A stretch of DNA of 64,000 nt from Gemmatimonadaceae bacterium (GTDB lineage Bacteria; Gemmatimonadota; Gemmatimonadetes; Gemmatimonadales; Gemmatimonadaceae), in the NCBI GenBank assembly GCA_044224875.1, contig JBGAJQ010000001.1, forward strand, positions 96,001 to 160,000, read 5' to 3'. Below the pieces are notes generated by a model. That model was not told where the DNA came from and did not search any database. It saw nothing but the letters and a program-made list of their open reading frames with translations. Shown piece by piece: positions 1-10,090 of the stretch. A program made the position numbers and the translations under genes. Numbering within the stretch: the stretch's first letter is position 1; each line of letters starts with the position of its first letter.

Positions 1-628
1 TGTTGCCGCTGTACGATCCGCCTTCGCCACCGTCATCCTCTGCCAGGGATGCTGTCACGAGGAACCCGGCGTCGGCGGCCAGCATGCCAACGGTGTGGAC
101 GATCTTGCGCGTGCGATCGTTAGGGTCGTTGCGTGAATCGTAGAGGTTCCACAGCCCGGTGACCGTGTTCACGCCGAACAACACCCCGATCGCTCCGGCC
201 ACGGTACCATGCATCGGACGTACCCACGACTTGACCTCGAGATCATTCATGAGCTTGTTGCCAAGCCAGTACTCGGTGGCAAATAGCGGCAGGGACAGGT
301 AGCTCCCAATACGGTGAATCGTCAGGCGCCGGCCATACCAGTCGCTGTACTCAATCGCCTTCGGACGTCGCTGCTGGTCGCTGGACGTCGTGTCGGCCGT
401 CGACGCCGGGCCCAAAACCTTCCCCGTTGATTCGAGCCCGGAAGGACGCAGCGACGGCGCGGGCACTCTCCTGAACGCTGGCGTGACTTGCCGAGCACCT
501 GACGGCACGTCTCGCTCGTCCAGCGCACTGGCGATGGTGTCGATGACCGGACTACGTGTCGCAGCTGGCGTGGGCACCTGCATCCATGGGGTCGTGGCCC
601 AGAACACGAGGGAAAGGAAATCGTTCAT
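1..628 (-). CDS. Hypothetical membrane protein (3' end runs off the window)
   Basis: Manual translation from ATG at 628: MNDFLSLVFW...KAIEYSDWYGRRLTIHRIGSYLSLPLFATEYWLG...HGTVAGAIGVLFGVNTVTGLWNL...IVHTVGMLAADAGFLVT. Hydrophobic helices each carry a His. Frame is open to the window edge. Confidence 0.75.
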   Translation of the reverse strand, partial: MNDFLSLVFWATTPWMQVPTPAATRSPVIDTIASALDERDVPSGARQVTPAFRRVPAPSLRPSGLESTGKVLGPASTADTTSSDQQRRPKAIEYSDWYGRRLTIHRIGSYLSLPLFATEYWLGNKLMNDLEVKSWVRPMHGTVAGAIGVLFGVNTVTGLWNLYDSRNDPNDRTRKIVHTVGMLAADAGFLVTASLAEDDGGEGGSYSGN

Positions 629-1142
629 GCGCAGTTTAGATGCGGAAAGCGAGAGTCGTCTTGCCCGACGATGCGTCGAATGAGAAACGTACGCGCGATT
701 TCATGAATCTCGGGTAAACGATGCTCGGATTCCTATGTGATCATGAGGAACACGCAGCGTCAGCGAAACCCTATGCGACGTGATGCTGGAAATGGTGCTG
801 CGTATTGCACGTCGCGCCATCGGTGATATCCCTCACCTAACGCGGACAACGACGGATCGTCGTTGACGGAGCGCGTTGCGTGCGTCGTGATTCCACGGCG
901 CTTCATCGTTCGAGGCCGCACGCCAAAGACGCGTTCGCGCCGCTCGGCATCGTCACGCGCGAATGTCGGTTGTTGTACCGCGCGGCTCACGACCAGGGGA
1001 ACGAGTGTCGCAAATGGGAAATCGTCGGGTGCGTGCGCCGCTTTCGACTTCAGGCCGGTGCTGGCGAAGAGGGCGCGGCCCCTGCTAATTCCGATGCTTC
1101 CGGACCTCTGCTGCGACCAAACCCTGCAATTGGATATCCACA

Positions 1143-4100
1143 ATGATGTGGCGACGGAATCTTCGGCTGCTTGGCGTCCTCGTTACCTACCTTGTCGGCT
1201 CTGCCGTGGCGCTCTCCGAGCTACATGCCCAGGGGGCGGCGAAGAAGCCACCGACCGCAGCTCGTGCGGCAGTGCCTGCTGCACCGGTGGGTCCGATCAC
1301 CTTTGACTCATCGGCCTTTCTGGCGTTGAAGTGGCGCGAGATCGGCCCGAATCGCGGTGGGCGATCGGTGGCGGTGGCCGGTTCCGTCCAGCGTTCGAGT
1401 GAGTACTGGATGGGGACGACCGGTGGCGGCGTCTTCAAGACGACCGACGGCGGCGTGAACTGGGCCCCGGCGACCGACAAGTACTTCGGCGGGACGATCG
1501 GCGCGATCGCCGTGGATCCGCAGAATCCGGATGCCGTGTGGGTGGGCGGGGGAGAAACCGATACGCGGGGCAATACGGCCCACGGGGACGGTCTGTGGAA
1601 GACCAATGATGCGGGCAAGAGGTGGGAGCTGCTGGGGTTCAAGGACGAGCACATTTCCACGATTCGCATCCATCCCACCAGCTCCAACACGGCGTACATC
1701 GGCGTGTTTGGCAATCCATTCAAGGCGGGCACGACGCGCGGCTTGTATCGCACGACGGATGGTGGCAAGACGTTCGAGCGGCTGTTGTACACGAACGATT
1801 CGACCGGCGTGATCGACATCGCGCTGGACCCGTCCAATCCCCAGGTGCTGTACGTCGCCATGTGGCAGGCGTTCCGCACGCCGTGGTCGCTGTCCTCCGG
1901 TGGCATGGGAAGCGCCATCTTCAAGTCCGCCGATGGCGGGACCAGCTGGGTGAACCTGACGGCAACGGCAAAGGGGCTTCCGTCGGGCACGCTCGGCAAG
2001 ATTGGCCTGGCCGTGTCACCGGCCAAGGCGACCCGGGTGTTCGCGATCATCGAGGCTGACTCGGGCGGTGTGTACCGGTCGGATGATGGCGGCGCGACGT
2101 GGCAATACCTGAATCGTGACCGCAAACTTCGCCAGCGGGCGTGGTACTACTCGCAAATCATGGCCGACCCCAAGGACACGAATGTCGTCTATGTCCTGAA
2201 CGTGCAGTTCTTCCGGTCGCGAGACGGCGGCAAGACCTTCCGCGAACCCGTGAACGCCCCGCATGGCGACAACCACGATCTCTGGATTGCGCCTAACGAT
2301 CCGAGTCGCATGATCGAAGCCAACGATGGTGGGGCGACGGTGTCCATCAACGGCGGTCGCACGTGGACCGAGCAGGATTTCGCGACGGCTCAGTGGTACC
2401 ACGTGAGCACCACCAATGAATGGCCGTACAAGGTCTGCGGGGCTCAACAGGACAACTCCACGCTGTGTGGACCCAGTCGCAAGGAAGGGGGCATCACGAT
2501 GGCGGACTGGCAGGAGTCCGGTGGCGGAGAGTCGGGCTACGTCACCCCGCATCCCACCAAGCCATGGATCATCTTTGCCGGCAGCTACGGCGGTTTGCTG
2601 ACGCGACGGGACCTGCGTACGGGTTTCACTCGCGACGTCACGGTGTACCCGATCAACCCAATGGGGCACTCGTCCGAGGACATCAAGGTCCGATTCCAGT
2701 GGACGTTCCCGATTGTCTTTTCACGTCACGATCCGAACACGCTCTATGCGGCAGGCTCGGTGTTGTTCCGCTCGATCAACGAGGGCGAAAGTTGGACACA
2801 GGTATCGCCCGAGCTGGCGCGCCGCGATCCGCGAACCATGGGTGCGAGTGGCGGTCCAATCACCAAGGACCAGACGGGGGTCGAAACCTACGGGTTGATC
2901 TTCGCGTTCGACGAGTCGCCCATGCAACGCGGTGTGCTATGGGCCGGGACCGACGACGGCTACGTGTGGGTTTCCAAGGACAATGGCGCGCACTGGGAGA
3001 ACGTGACGCCGCGAGACATCGGAGACTTCACCCGCATTTCGATCATCGAGCCCTCGCACTTCGTGGCCGGCGGGGCATACGTCGCCGCCAATCGCTATCA
3101 GCAAGGCGACAAGTCGCCGATCCTGTACAAGACCACCGATTACGGGAAGACGTGGCAAAAGATCGTGTCCGGGATCAAGGATGATCACTTTACCCGAGTC
3201 ATTCGCGAGGACCCGGTGCGGCGCGGGCTGCTCTACGCCGGCACCGAGCGAGGCGTGTATGTCAGTTTCGACGACGGCATGAACTGGCGATCGCTCCAGA
3301 AGAACCTGCCCCCCGTCCCGGTGCACGACCTGACGCTGAAGGATGACGACCTGATCGCGGCCACGCACGGGCGCGCCTTTTGGGTCATGGACAACCTCAC
3401 GCCACTCCGTCAGCTCACACAAGCGGCGGTGGCAACCGCCGCACACTTGTTCAAGCCGACGGACGCGTATCGCGCCGACTGGGGCGGTGGGTTCTTTGCC
3501 CAGCTCTTTGGCCTGGGCGGGAACAACCCACCGTCGGGCGCCGTCGTCTACTACACCCTCAAGGACGCCAACCAGAAGGTGCAACTCGAATTCCTCGACG
3601 CCGCGGGGAAGACCATCAAGGCCTTCACCAGCGAGCAGGACGAGGCGACGGCGGCGGACTCGCTGCGCATGGAAACGATGAAGGCGCAGGCGATCGACTC
3701 GCTCACCCGAAACGGGTGGTCGAAAGACTCCGCTACCAAATCGATCACCGCCCGCTATGCCGACCCCTCCGCCATGTTCCAGATGGTGGATATGGAAGCG
3801 ATGTTCTCGCAGGGACCGCGTCCGCCGCGAGTGCCGAACAAGGCGGGCCTGAACATGTTTTCCTGGGACCTGCGTTACCCGGATGCCGTACGGTTCCAGA
3901 ACATGATCATGTGGGCCGGCACCGTGCAGGGACCCGTTGCCCCCCCGGGGACATACAGCGTGAAGCTCACGTTGAACGGCGGCCAGGCAGAAACCCAAAC
4001 GTTTCGCATCAAGAAGGATCCGCGTTCAGATGCCACCGACGCCGACCTGCAGGAGCAATTCCGCGTCCTCATCGCCATCCGCGACAAGGTGACGGAGGCG

Positions 4101-4535
4101 AACAACGCCGTACGCACGGTCCGCAACATGCGCTATCAGGTTGGCGACCGAACCGGGAAGCTGACGGGAACCGCGAAGCAGGAATTCGAGCAAATCGCGA
4201 ACGGCATGGTGGGCTCACTCACCAAGTCTGAAGAAGAAGTCTATCAGACGAAGAATCAGAGCTCCCAGGACCCCCTGAACTATCCGATCCGCCTCAACAA
4301 CCAGATCGCCGCCCTGACCGGCGTTGTTGGAACTGGCGACTACCGGCCGACCAAGCAGAGCTACACGGCGTTTGAGGAGCTTTCCAAGGCTTTGGACGTG
4401 CAGTTGAAGGCCGCGAAGAAGGCCTTCGACGACAACCTGCCGCGCCTCAATGCCATCCTGAAGGCGGCTGGCCTCGAAGAGCTGAAGCCCAGCACGGACG
4501 AGATCAAGCAGCAGAAACCGAACGTCGCGATGTAG
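1143..4535 (+). CDS. Secreted VPS10/sortilin-like BNR-repeat beta-propeller protein (often annotated glycosyl hydrolase)
   Basis: 1130 aa with a signal peptide. WREIGPNRGGRS start motif, many S/TxDGGxTW Asp-box repeats, PHGDNHDLWI, GAQQDNS, IAATHGRAFW, and a helical C-terminus. Confidence 0.9.
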   Translation: MMWRRNLRLLGVLVTYLVGSAVALSELHAQGAAKKPPTAARAAVPAAPVGPITFDSSAFLALKWREIGPNRGGRSVAVAGSVQRSSEYWMGTTGGGVFKTTDGGVNWAPATDKYFGGTIGAIAVDPQNPDAVWVGGGETDTRGNTAHGDGLWKTNDAGKRWELLGFKDEHISTIRIHPTSSNTAYIGVFGNPFKAGTTRGLYRTTDGGKTFERLLYTNDSTGVIDIALDPSNPQVLYVAMWQAFRTPWSLSSGGMGSAIFKSADGGTSWVNLTATAKGLPSGTLGKIGLAVSPAKATRVFAIIEADSGGVYRSDDGGATWQYLNRDRKLRQRAWYYSQIMADPKDTNVVYVLNVQFFRSRDGGKTFREPVNAPHGDNHDLWIAPNDPSRMIEANDGGATVSINGGRTWTEQDFATAQWYHVSTTNEWPYKVCGAQQDNSTLCGPSRKEGGITMADWQESGGGESGYVTPHPTKPWIIFAGSYGGLLTRRDLRTGFTRDVTVYPINPMGHSSEDIKVRFQWTFPIVFSRHDPNTLYAAGSVLFRSINEGESWTQVSPELARRDPRTMGASGGPITKDQTGVETYGLIFAFDESPMQRGVLWAGTDDGYVWVSKDNGAHWENVTPRDIGDFTRISIIEPSHFVAGGAYVAANRYQQGDKSPILYKTTDYGKTWQKIVSGIKDDHFTRVIREDPVRRGLLYAGTERGVYVSFDDGMNWRSLQKNLPPVPVHDLTLKDDDLIAATHGRAFWVMDNLTPLRQLTQAAVATAAHLFKPTDAYRADWGGGFFAQLFGLGGNNPPSGAVVYYTLKDANQKVQLEFLDAAGKTIKAFTSEQDEATAADSLRMETMKAQAIDSLTRNGWSKDSATKSITARYADPSAMFQMVDMEAMFSQGPRPPRVPNKAGLNMFSWDLRYPDAVRFQNMIMWAGTVQGPVAPPGTYSVKLTLNGGQAETQTFRIKKDPRSDATDADLQEQFRVLIAIRDKVTEANNAVRTVRNMRYQVGDRTGKLTGTAKQEFEQIANGMVGSLTKSEEEVYQTKNQSSQDPLNYPIRLNNQIAALTGVVGTGDYRPTKQSYTAFEELSKALDVQLKAAKKAFDDNLPRLNAILKAAGLEELKPSTDEIKQQKPNVAM

Positions 4536-4544
4536 GGGAGCGCG

Positions 4545-4578
4545 TCACGAGGGGCGACCATGCGGTCGCTCCTCGTGA
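4545..4578. terminator. GC-rich hairpin between convergent genes
   Basis: TCACGAGGGGCGACC-ATGC-GGTCGCTCCTCGTGA: 15-bp stem with one G-U pair, 10 nt after the stop codon. No U-tract. Confidence 0.55.
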
Positions 4579-4710
4579 TTCGGCACCTGCGAGCGGTGCA
4601 TCGCAGCGGCACTGCACCACGTCCTGGCGCGCCGGTCGGGGCACGACCCCTCGGTCACGCGCCACACGGGGCATTAGGCCCGTGCGCCATCTGGCTCACC
4701 TCGGCTGGCG

Positions 4711-5226
4711 TTAGGCGCCAGCGGGGCTCATGGAGAAGTAGAGGAGATCGTTGCCAGCGGGGGTATGTCCCGCCCGTCGGACCGACGCAACGATTTGCGC
4801 CCGGTGGTGTGTACCATGATTGGCGACATGTAACAAGAGTCGCCAGAGGAGCGCGCGGAGCGAACCCCGCGTGGGATGCGTCAGCACAATCTCCCCCAAC
4901 ACCGCGTCCTCGCTCAGTCTCGTCAAGTAAGCATCCGTCTCCGCGGCAATTCCAGACCAACGCGCGCGCGCTTCGGCGACGGTTGGAATGTCGTCCGACG
5001 TAAACGGCAGCTTCGTTGCATCCTGTGGGTTCAAGGTGCCGGCAATCGTCGCAATCCAGCGCTGCTGCACCATGAGCACATGGGCGACCGTGTCGCGCAC
5101 GGAACCCTGGCCGCTACATCCCGGTGCCACGTACTCTTCGGGTGAGAGCATGGCAACGGCATCGAGCATGAGGTCCGTTGCCCAGGCGTTGTATCGAAAC
5201 AGGTACTGAATCGTATCGCGCGTCAT
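4711..5226 (-). CDS. DinB family protein
   Basis: 171 aa with YNAWAT, SVRDTVAH and LLHVANHGTHHRAQI (DinB His triad). Confidence 0.9.
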   Translation of the reverse strand: MTRDTIQYLFRYNAWATDLMLDAVAMLSPEEYVAPGCSGQGSVRDTVAHVLMVQQRWIATIAGTLNPQDATKLPFTSDDIPTVAEARARWSGIAAETDAYLTRLSEDAVLGEIVLTHPTRGSLRALLWRLLLHVANHGTHHRAQIVASVRRAGHTPAGNDLLYFSMSPAGA

Positions 5227-5252
5227 GGAGTGGTAAGTGTCGATGTGGGTGA

Positions 5253-6479
5253 CTATCGCAAGCGCTTGGTTACGTCAAGGAAGCGCGTGATATCGTCGGT
5301 GGTGTTGAACAGCGCTGGAGACACGCGCACCTGACGCAAGGCGTCCCGGACGCTGACGTCAATCTTCTCGGCGTCGAATGCGGCGCGCACCTGGGCCGGG
5401 TCGGCGGTGAAGTAGTACGTGACAATCGATGAGGCGTTGCCAGCGGGGGTGAAGAGGCGATATCCCTGACTGGTCAACCCTTGGTGCAGCTGCGCGGCCA
5501 ACGATACCGTGTGTCGTTCGATGCGGTCCACTCCCACGCGTTCCAGGTATGCCAGGCCAGCGCCGAGCTGATAGACCTCGAGGAACGGCAGTGTGGAGTA
5601 GTCGAACCGGCGAGCCGTCTTGTACAGCTCAAACGTCTGGTCTGGTCCCTCATGCTCCACGTGCAAGGCGCCGAACCGATCGAGCGTGATGCGGTCGAGG
5701 AGTGCCCGTCGCACAAAGAACGGGGCCACGCCAAAGCCACCAAGGACCCACTTGTAGGTGCCGCAACACATGGCATCCACGCCCGCCGCTTGCACATCGA
5801 TCGGAAACATGCCGGCAGCCTGGATCACGTCCGTATAGAAGAGCGCCCCGTGGGCGTGCGCGAGGTCGGCGATGGGGCGCATCTGATGCCGAAAGCCATT
5901 CTGGTGCGACACCCACGCGACCGAGACCAGCTTCGTGCGCCGGTCCACCAGTGGTTCCAGGTCGCTGATCTCCACCACGCCGTTGCGGTGCGGGGCGACG
6001 CGCAGTTGAACGCCGCGCGAACGTTCGAGCTGTCGGTAAAGCACGAACTCGGTCTCGTAATGCAGGGCGTCGATCACGACGTTGTCACCGGCGCCAAGGC
6101 CGAGCGCCGCGGCAACCACATTCTCCCCCTCGCTGGTGGAGAACAAGAACCCGATCTCGTCCGTGCCAGCGTTGACGAGCTTGGCAAATTGTGCGCGGAC
6201 CTCGTTCGTCTTCTTCAACATGTCGCCGAGGGATATCGGCCGGTTCAGCTTGCTCTCCACGAACGCGTGTCCGGCGGCAGCAACTTGCCGCGGAACGGGC
6301 GCAATGTAGGCCGAATTGAGGTACGCCCCCGCAGACGCCGCGGGAAAGTCCTGCCGCACGCCCAGAGGGTCGTCGGAGGGTGTCGCCGGCGCGCTGGCCC
6401 ACGCCACGTCGCGCACGGTTGTAGCTGCGGCCGCGAGCGTCGCGGCGCTGTTCACGAAGTCACGACGGGACATCGACAT
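5253..6479 (-). CDS. Tat-exported class V PLP-dependent enzyme
   Basis: MSRRDFV twin-arginine signal, YLNSAY, DVIQAAG, PLP lysine motif CGTYKW, VRVSPALFN. Confidence 0.85.
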   Translation of the reverse strand: MSMSRRDFVNSAATLAAAATTVRDVAWASAPATPSDDPLGVRQDFPAASAGAYLNSAYIAPVPRQVAAAGHAFVESKLNRPISLGDMLKKTNEVRAQFAKLVNAGTDEIGFLFSTSEGENVVAAALGLGAGDNVVIDALHYETEFVLYRQLERSRGVQLRVAPHRNGVVEISDLEPLVDRRTKLVSVAWVSHQNGFRHQMRPIADLAHAHGALFYTDVIQAAGMFPIDVQAAGVDAMCCGTYKWVLGGFGVAPFFVRRALLDRITLDRFGALHVEHEGPDQTFELYKTARRFDYSTLPFLEVYQLGAGLAYLERVGVDRIERHTVSLAAQLHQGLTSQGYRLFTPAGNASSIVTYYFTADPAQVRAAFDAEKIDVSVRDALRQVRVSPALFNTTDDITRFLDVTKRLR

Positions 6480-6662
6480 GGCGGAGGGAGACGGAGGTAA
6501 GTGCCAAAGGAAAATATCCGCACGCGACTACCGCTTTTCTACTCGGGCAGCGGCGACCGCAGTTCACAGCAGCGCCCTTCGACTGCACGTTAAGGTTGTG
6601 TGGCGCGCCAGATGGCGCTACCTGAGACGTGAGACGACATCCCCATTTTCCGGAGCCATGGC

Positions 6663-9600
6663 ATGTTCAGGCGCTGCACTCCCCACATTTCCATCGTGAG
6701 GGCAATCGGCCTCATGGTGCTGGTGGCACTGGCGAAGGGACCAGCTGCCGCGCAGAGGCCCGCCGTTCGCCCCACGCCGCGCAGCACACAACCGATGCCC
6801 TCAGGCATGCTCGCCTTCGACACGGCGCAATTCAATGCCCTTCGCTGGCGCGAGGTCGGTCCGGCACGCGGTGGTCGTTCAGTCGCCGTGGCGGGTTCCG
6901 CACAGCGACCGCTCGAGTACTGGATGGGCACGACGGGTGGGGGCGTCTACAAGACGGTCGACGGGGGAATGAACTGGAGTCCGGCCACCGACCGCTACTT
7001 TGGCGGCACGATCGGCGCCATCGCAGTGGATCCGCAGAACCCCGACGTCGTGTGGGTTGGCGGAGGCGAGACGGACATCCGTGGCAACACCAGCCATGGC
7101 GATGGACTCTGGAAGTCCACGGACGCCGGACGCACGTGGACCATGCTCGGCTTCAAGTACGATCACATCTCCACGATTCGCATTCACCCGTCGAACGCCA
7201 ACATCGCGTACATCGGCGTATTTGGGGATCCGTTCAAGCCGACGGATGCGCGTGGGCTGTTCAAGACGACCGATGGAGGTCGTTCCTTCCAGAAGGTGTT
7301 GTTCGATGGAGACTCAGCTGGTGTGGTGGACATTGCCATGAACCAGCAGAACCCCGAAGTCCTGTACGTGGCTATGTGGCAGGCTTGGCGAGCGCCATGG
7401 GGAATGTCGTCCGGTGGACCGCACTCCGGCTTGTACAAGACGACGGACGCCGGGGCCAGCTGGGTGAACCTGACGAAGACAGCAGCTGGCCTGCCACGCG
7501 GCGTCCTCGGCAAGATTGGCGTGGCGGTGTCACCGGTCGCACCAAACCTCGTCTGGGCCCTGATCGAGCACGACTCCGGGGGTGTCTATCGATCCAGCGA
7601 CGCCGGTGCCACTTGGACCTACATCAATCGCGAGCGCAAGCTGCGACAACGCGCCTGGTACTACTCCCAGATCTACGCGGACACGAAGGACACAAACACC
7701 GTCTACGCGCTCAACACCGGCTTCTACCGATCGCGCGATGGTGGCAAGAGTTTCCCGGAAGCGATCCAGGTTCCGCACGGCGACAATCATGATTTGTGGA
7801 TCGCGCCGAACGACCCCAACCGCATGGTCAATGGCAACGACGGCGGAGCAAACGTTTCGTTCAATCGCGGCGCCACGTGGACGGATCAGGACTTCCCCAC
7901 CGCACAGTTCTACCACATCGAGACGACCAACGAATTTCCCTATCGCATCTGTGGCGCGCAGCAGGACAACTCCACCCTCTGCGGGCCAAGCCGGAAGCAA
8001 GGGCAGATCGCAATCGCGGATTGGTACGAAGCCGGCGGTTGCGAATCCGGGTACATCGCGGCGCACCCGTTGAAGCCGAACGTGACCTTTGCCGGCTGCT
8101 ATGGAGGGAACCTGGACCGTCGAGATCGCGAGACCGACTTTACGCGCGATGTGACGGTTTATCCGCGCAATCCGATGGGACACTCGTCGGAAGACATCAA
8201 GGTCAGGTTCAACTGGACCTTCCCGATCGTCTTTTCGCGCCACAACCCGAACGTGCTGTACGCGGCGGGGTCGCAGCTGTTCCGGTCGACGAACGAAGGG
8301 GAGAGCTGGACGGCCGTCTCGCCGGAGCTGGCGCGCCGGGACCCAAAGACCATGGGCGCCAGCGGTGGCCCGATCACGAAGGATCAGACGGGTGTCGAGA
8401 CGTACGGCATCATCTTCGCCTTTGATGAGTCGCCAGTCACACCCGGTCTTCTCTGGGCCGGCACGGACGACGGACTGATCTGGATCTCGCGGAACAATGG
8501 AAGCACATGGAGTAACGTGACGCCCCGCGACATCGGCGACTTTACCCGTGTCTCCATCATCGAACCATCGCACTACGACCCGGCCGTGGCCTACGCTGCG
8601 GTGAACCGTTACGCGTTAGGTGACAAGCATCCAATGCTGTTCAAGACCGCGGACTATGGCGCGTCCTGGACCCGCATCGACACGGGGATCGCCGCCGACG
8701 AGTTTACGCGCGTGATCCGGGAAGATCCCATTCGCCGGGGGTTGCTGTTTACGGGGACCGAGCGCGGCGTGTGGGTGTCATTCGACGATGGTTTGAGCTG
8801 GCGACCGATCCAGCGCAACCTCCCACGGGTACCGGTGCACGATTTGGCCATCAAGGACAATGACCTGATTGCCGCCACGCACGGACGCTCGTTCTGGATC
8901 CTCGACAACATTTCCTCCATGCGGCAACTCACTCCCGCCGTCGTCCAATCAGACGCCCACCTGTTCAAGCCGACGGATGCCATCCGAACCCAATGGAGCG
9001 GTGCTGGCGGCGGTGGCGGAGGCGGCCGTGGAGGATCGGTCGGCGCGAACCCGCCGTCCGGAGCACTGGTCTACTTCTCGCTCAAGCAACCGAACCAACG
9101 GGTAAACCTGGACTTCCTCGACGCCAAGGGAGACGTGATCCAAAGCTTCACCAGCGACCAGGATCCCGAACAGGCGGCGGACAGCGTGCGTCTGGACGGG
9201 CTACGCGCGCAACGTCGCGATTCGCTCGTCCGGACCGGGCTCTCGCGAGACAGTGCGGAGAAGCTCGTGGTCGCGGTGCGCTCGGGAGCGGCCGCCGGCG
9301 GTGGGGGTGACGAAGACGCACCGCGTCGTGCCCCGCGGCCACGCGTGCCAAACAAGGCGGGACTCAACATGTTCGCCTGGAACCTGCGCTACCCCGATGC
9401 GGTCACGTTCGACAACCTCATCATGTGGGCGGCCAACACCACAGGGCCAGTGGCTCCTCCGGGTACCTACAGCGTGCGCATGACGGTCAACGGTGGCGCC
9501 AGCCAGACCGCGTCGTTCCGGGTGCGAAAGGACCCCCGCTCGACCGCGACGGATGCCGATATCCTGGCACAGTTCAAGTTGCTGCTGGCGATTCGCGACA

Positions 9601-10049
9601 AGACGACCGAGGCGAACAACGCCGTTCGCATGGTCCGCAACATGCGCTGGCAGGTTGGTGACCGCACCGACCGCCTGCCCGCGGACAAGAAGGCCGAGTT
9701 CAGCTCAATCGCAACCGGCATGATGGGAAAACTTTCGGAAAACGAACAGAACGTCTATCAAACCCGCAACGAGAGCAACCAGGATCCCCTCAACTTCCCG
9801 ATCAGGTTGAACAACGAGATCGCTGGTGTCGCGAGCTTTGTCGGGCAAGGCGAGTACCGGCCCACCAAACAAGCCTATGACGTGTTCGATGCGCTATCGA
9901 AGGAGTTAGCGGTTCAGTTGCAGGCCCTGAAGGGCTCCATGGACACCGACCTGCCAAAGCTGAACGCGATTCTGCGCGCCGCTGGACTGCAGGAGCTGAA
10001 GCCGAGCACCGAGGAGCCGAAGAAGAACCGGCCGAATGTGGCCATGTAG
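6663..10049 (+). CDS. Secreted VPS10/BNR-repeat protein, paralog of 1143..4535
   Basis: 1128 aa, collinear with the first copy and sharing long identical stretches (e.g. TMGASGGPITKDQTGVETYG). Start could be a downstream ATG. Confidence 0.9.
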   Translation: MFRRCTPHISIVRAIGLMVLVALAKGPAAAQRPAVRPTPRSTQPMPSGMLAFDTAQFNALRWREVGPARGGRSVAVAGSAQRPLEYWMGTTGGGVYKTVDGGMNWSPATDRYFGGTIGAIAVDPQNPDVVWVGGGETDIRGNTSHGDGLWKSTDAGRTWTMLGFKYDHISTIRIHPSNANIAYIGVFGDPFKPTDARGLFKTTDGGRSFQKVLFDGDSAGVVDIAMNQQNPEVLYVAMWQAWRAPWGMSSGGPHSGLYKTTDAGASWVNLTKTAAGLPRGVLGKIGVAVSPVAPNLVWALIEHDSGGVYRSSDAGATWTYINRERKLRQRAWYYSQIYADTKDTNTVYALNTGFYRSRDGGKSFPEAIQVPHGDNHDLWIAPNDPNRMVNGNDGGANVSFNRGATWTDQDFPTAQFYHIETTNEFPYRICGAQQDNSTLCGPSRKQGQIAIADWYEAGGCESGYIAAHPLKPNVTFAGCYGGNLDRRDRETDFTRDVTVYPRNPMGHSSEDIKVRFNWTFPIVFSRHNPNVLYAAGSQLFRSTNEGESWTAVSPELARRDPKTMGASGGPITKDQTGVETYGIIFAFDESPVTPGLLWAGTDDGLIWISRNNGSTWSNVTPRDIGDFTRVSIIEPSHYDPAVAYAAVNRYALGDKHPMLFKTADYGASWTRIDTGIAADEFTRVIREDPIRRGLLFTGTERGVWVSFDDGLSWRPIQRNLPRVPVHDLAIKDNDLIAATHGRSFWILDNISSMRQLTPAVVQSDAHLFKPTDAIRTQWSGAGGGGGGGRGGSVGANPPSGALVYFSLKQPNQRVNLDFLDAKGDVIQSFTSDQDPEQAADSVRLDGLRAQRRDSLVRTGLSRDSAEKLVVAVRSGAAAGGGGDEDAPRRAPRPRVPNKAGLNMFAWNLRYPDAVTFDNLIMWAANTTGPVAPPGTYSVRMTVNGGASQTASFRVRKDPRSTATDADILAQFKLLLAIRDKTTEANNAVRMVRNMRWQVGDRTDRLPADKKAEFSSIATGMMGKLSENEQNVYQTRNESNQDPLNFPIRLNNEIAGVASFVGQGEYRPTKQAYDVFDALSKELAVQLQALKGSMDTDLPKLNAILRAAGLQELKPSTEEPKKNRPNVAM

Positions 10050-10090
10050 TAGACGTAGCGCGCGCTGGCGTCCGCCTGTCACGGCGGTCG

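Noticed and set aside
441..457. 17-bp exact repeat GAAGGACGCAGCGACGG, also at 32858-32874
   Set aside because: About one such match is expected by chance in 64 kb of high-GC DNA. The flanks differ and no integrase is present.
629..1142. Short ORFs and an 8-bp hairpin (847-865) in the divergent gap
   Set aside because: The overlapping ORFs look non-protein-like and no riboswitch consensus was recognised.
9001..9035. GGC/GGT low-complexity run
   Set aside because: It encodes a Gly-rich linker in the VPS10 paralog and is not an independent repeat.
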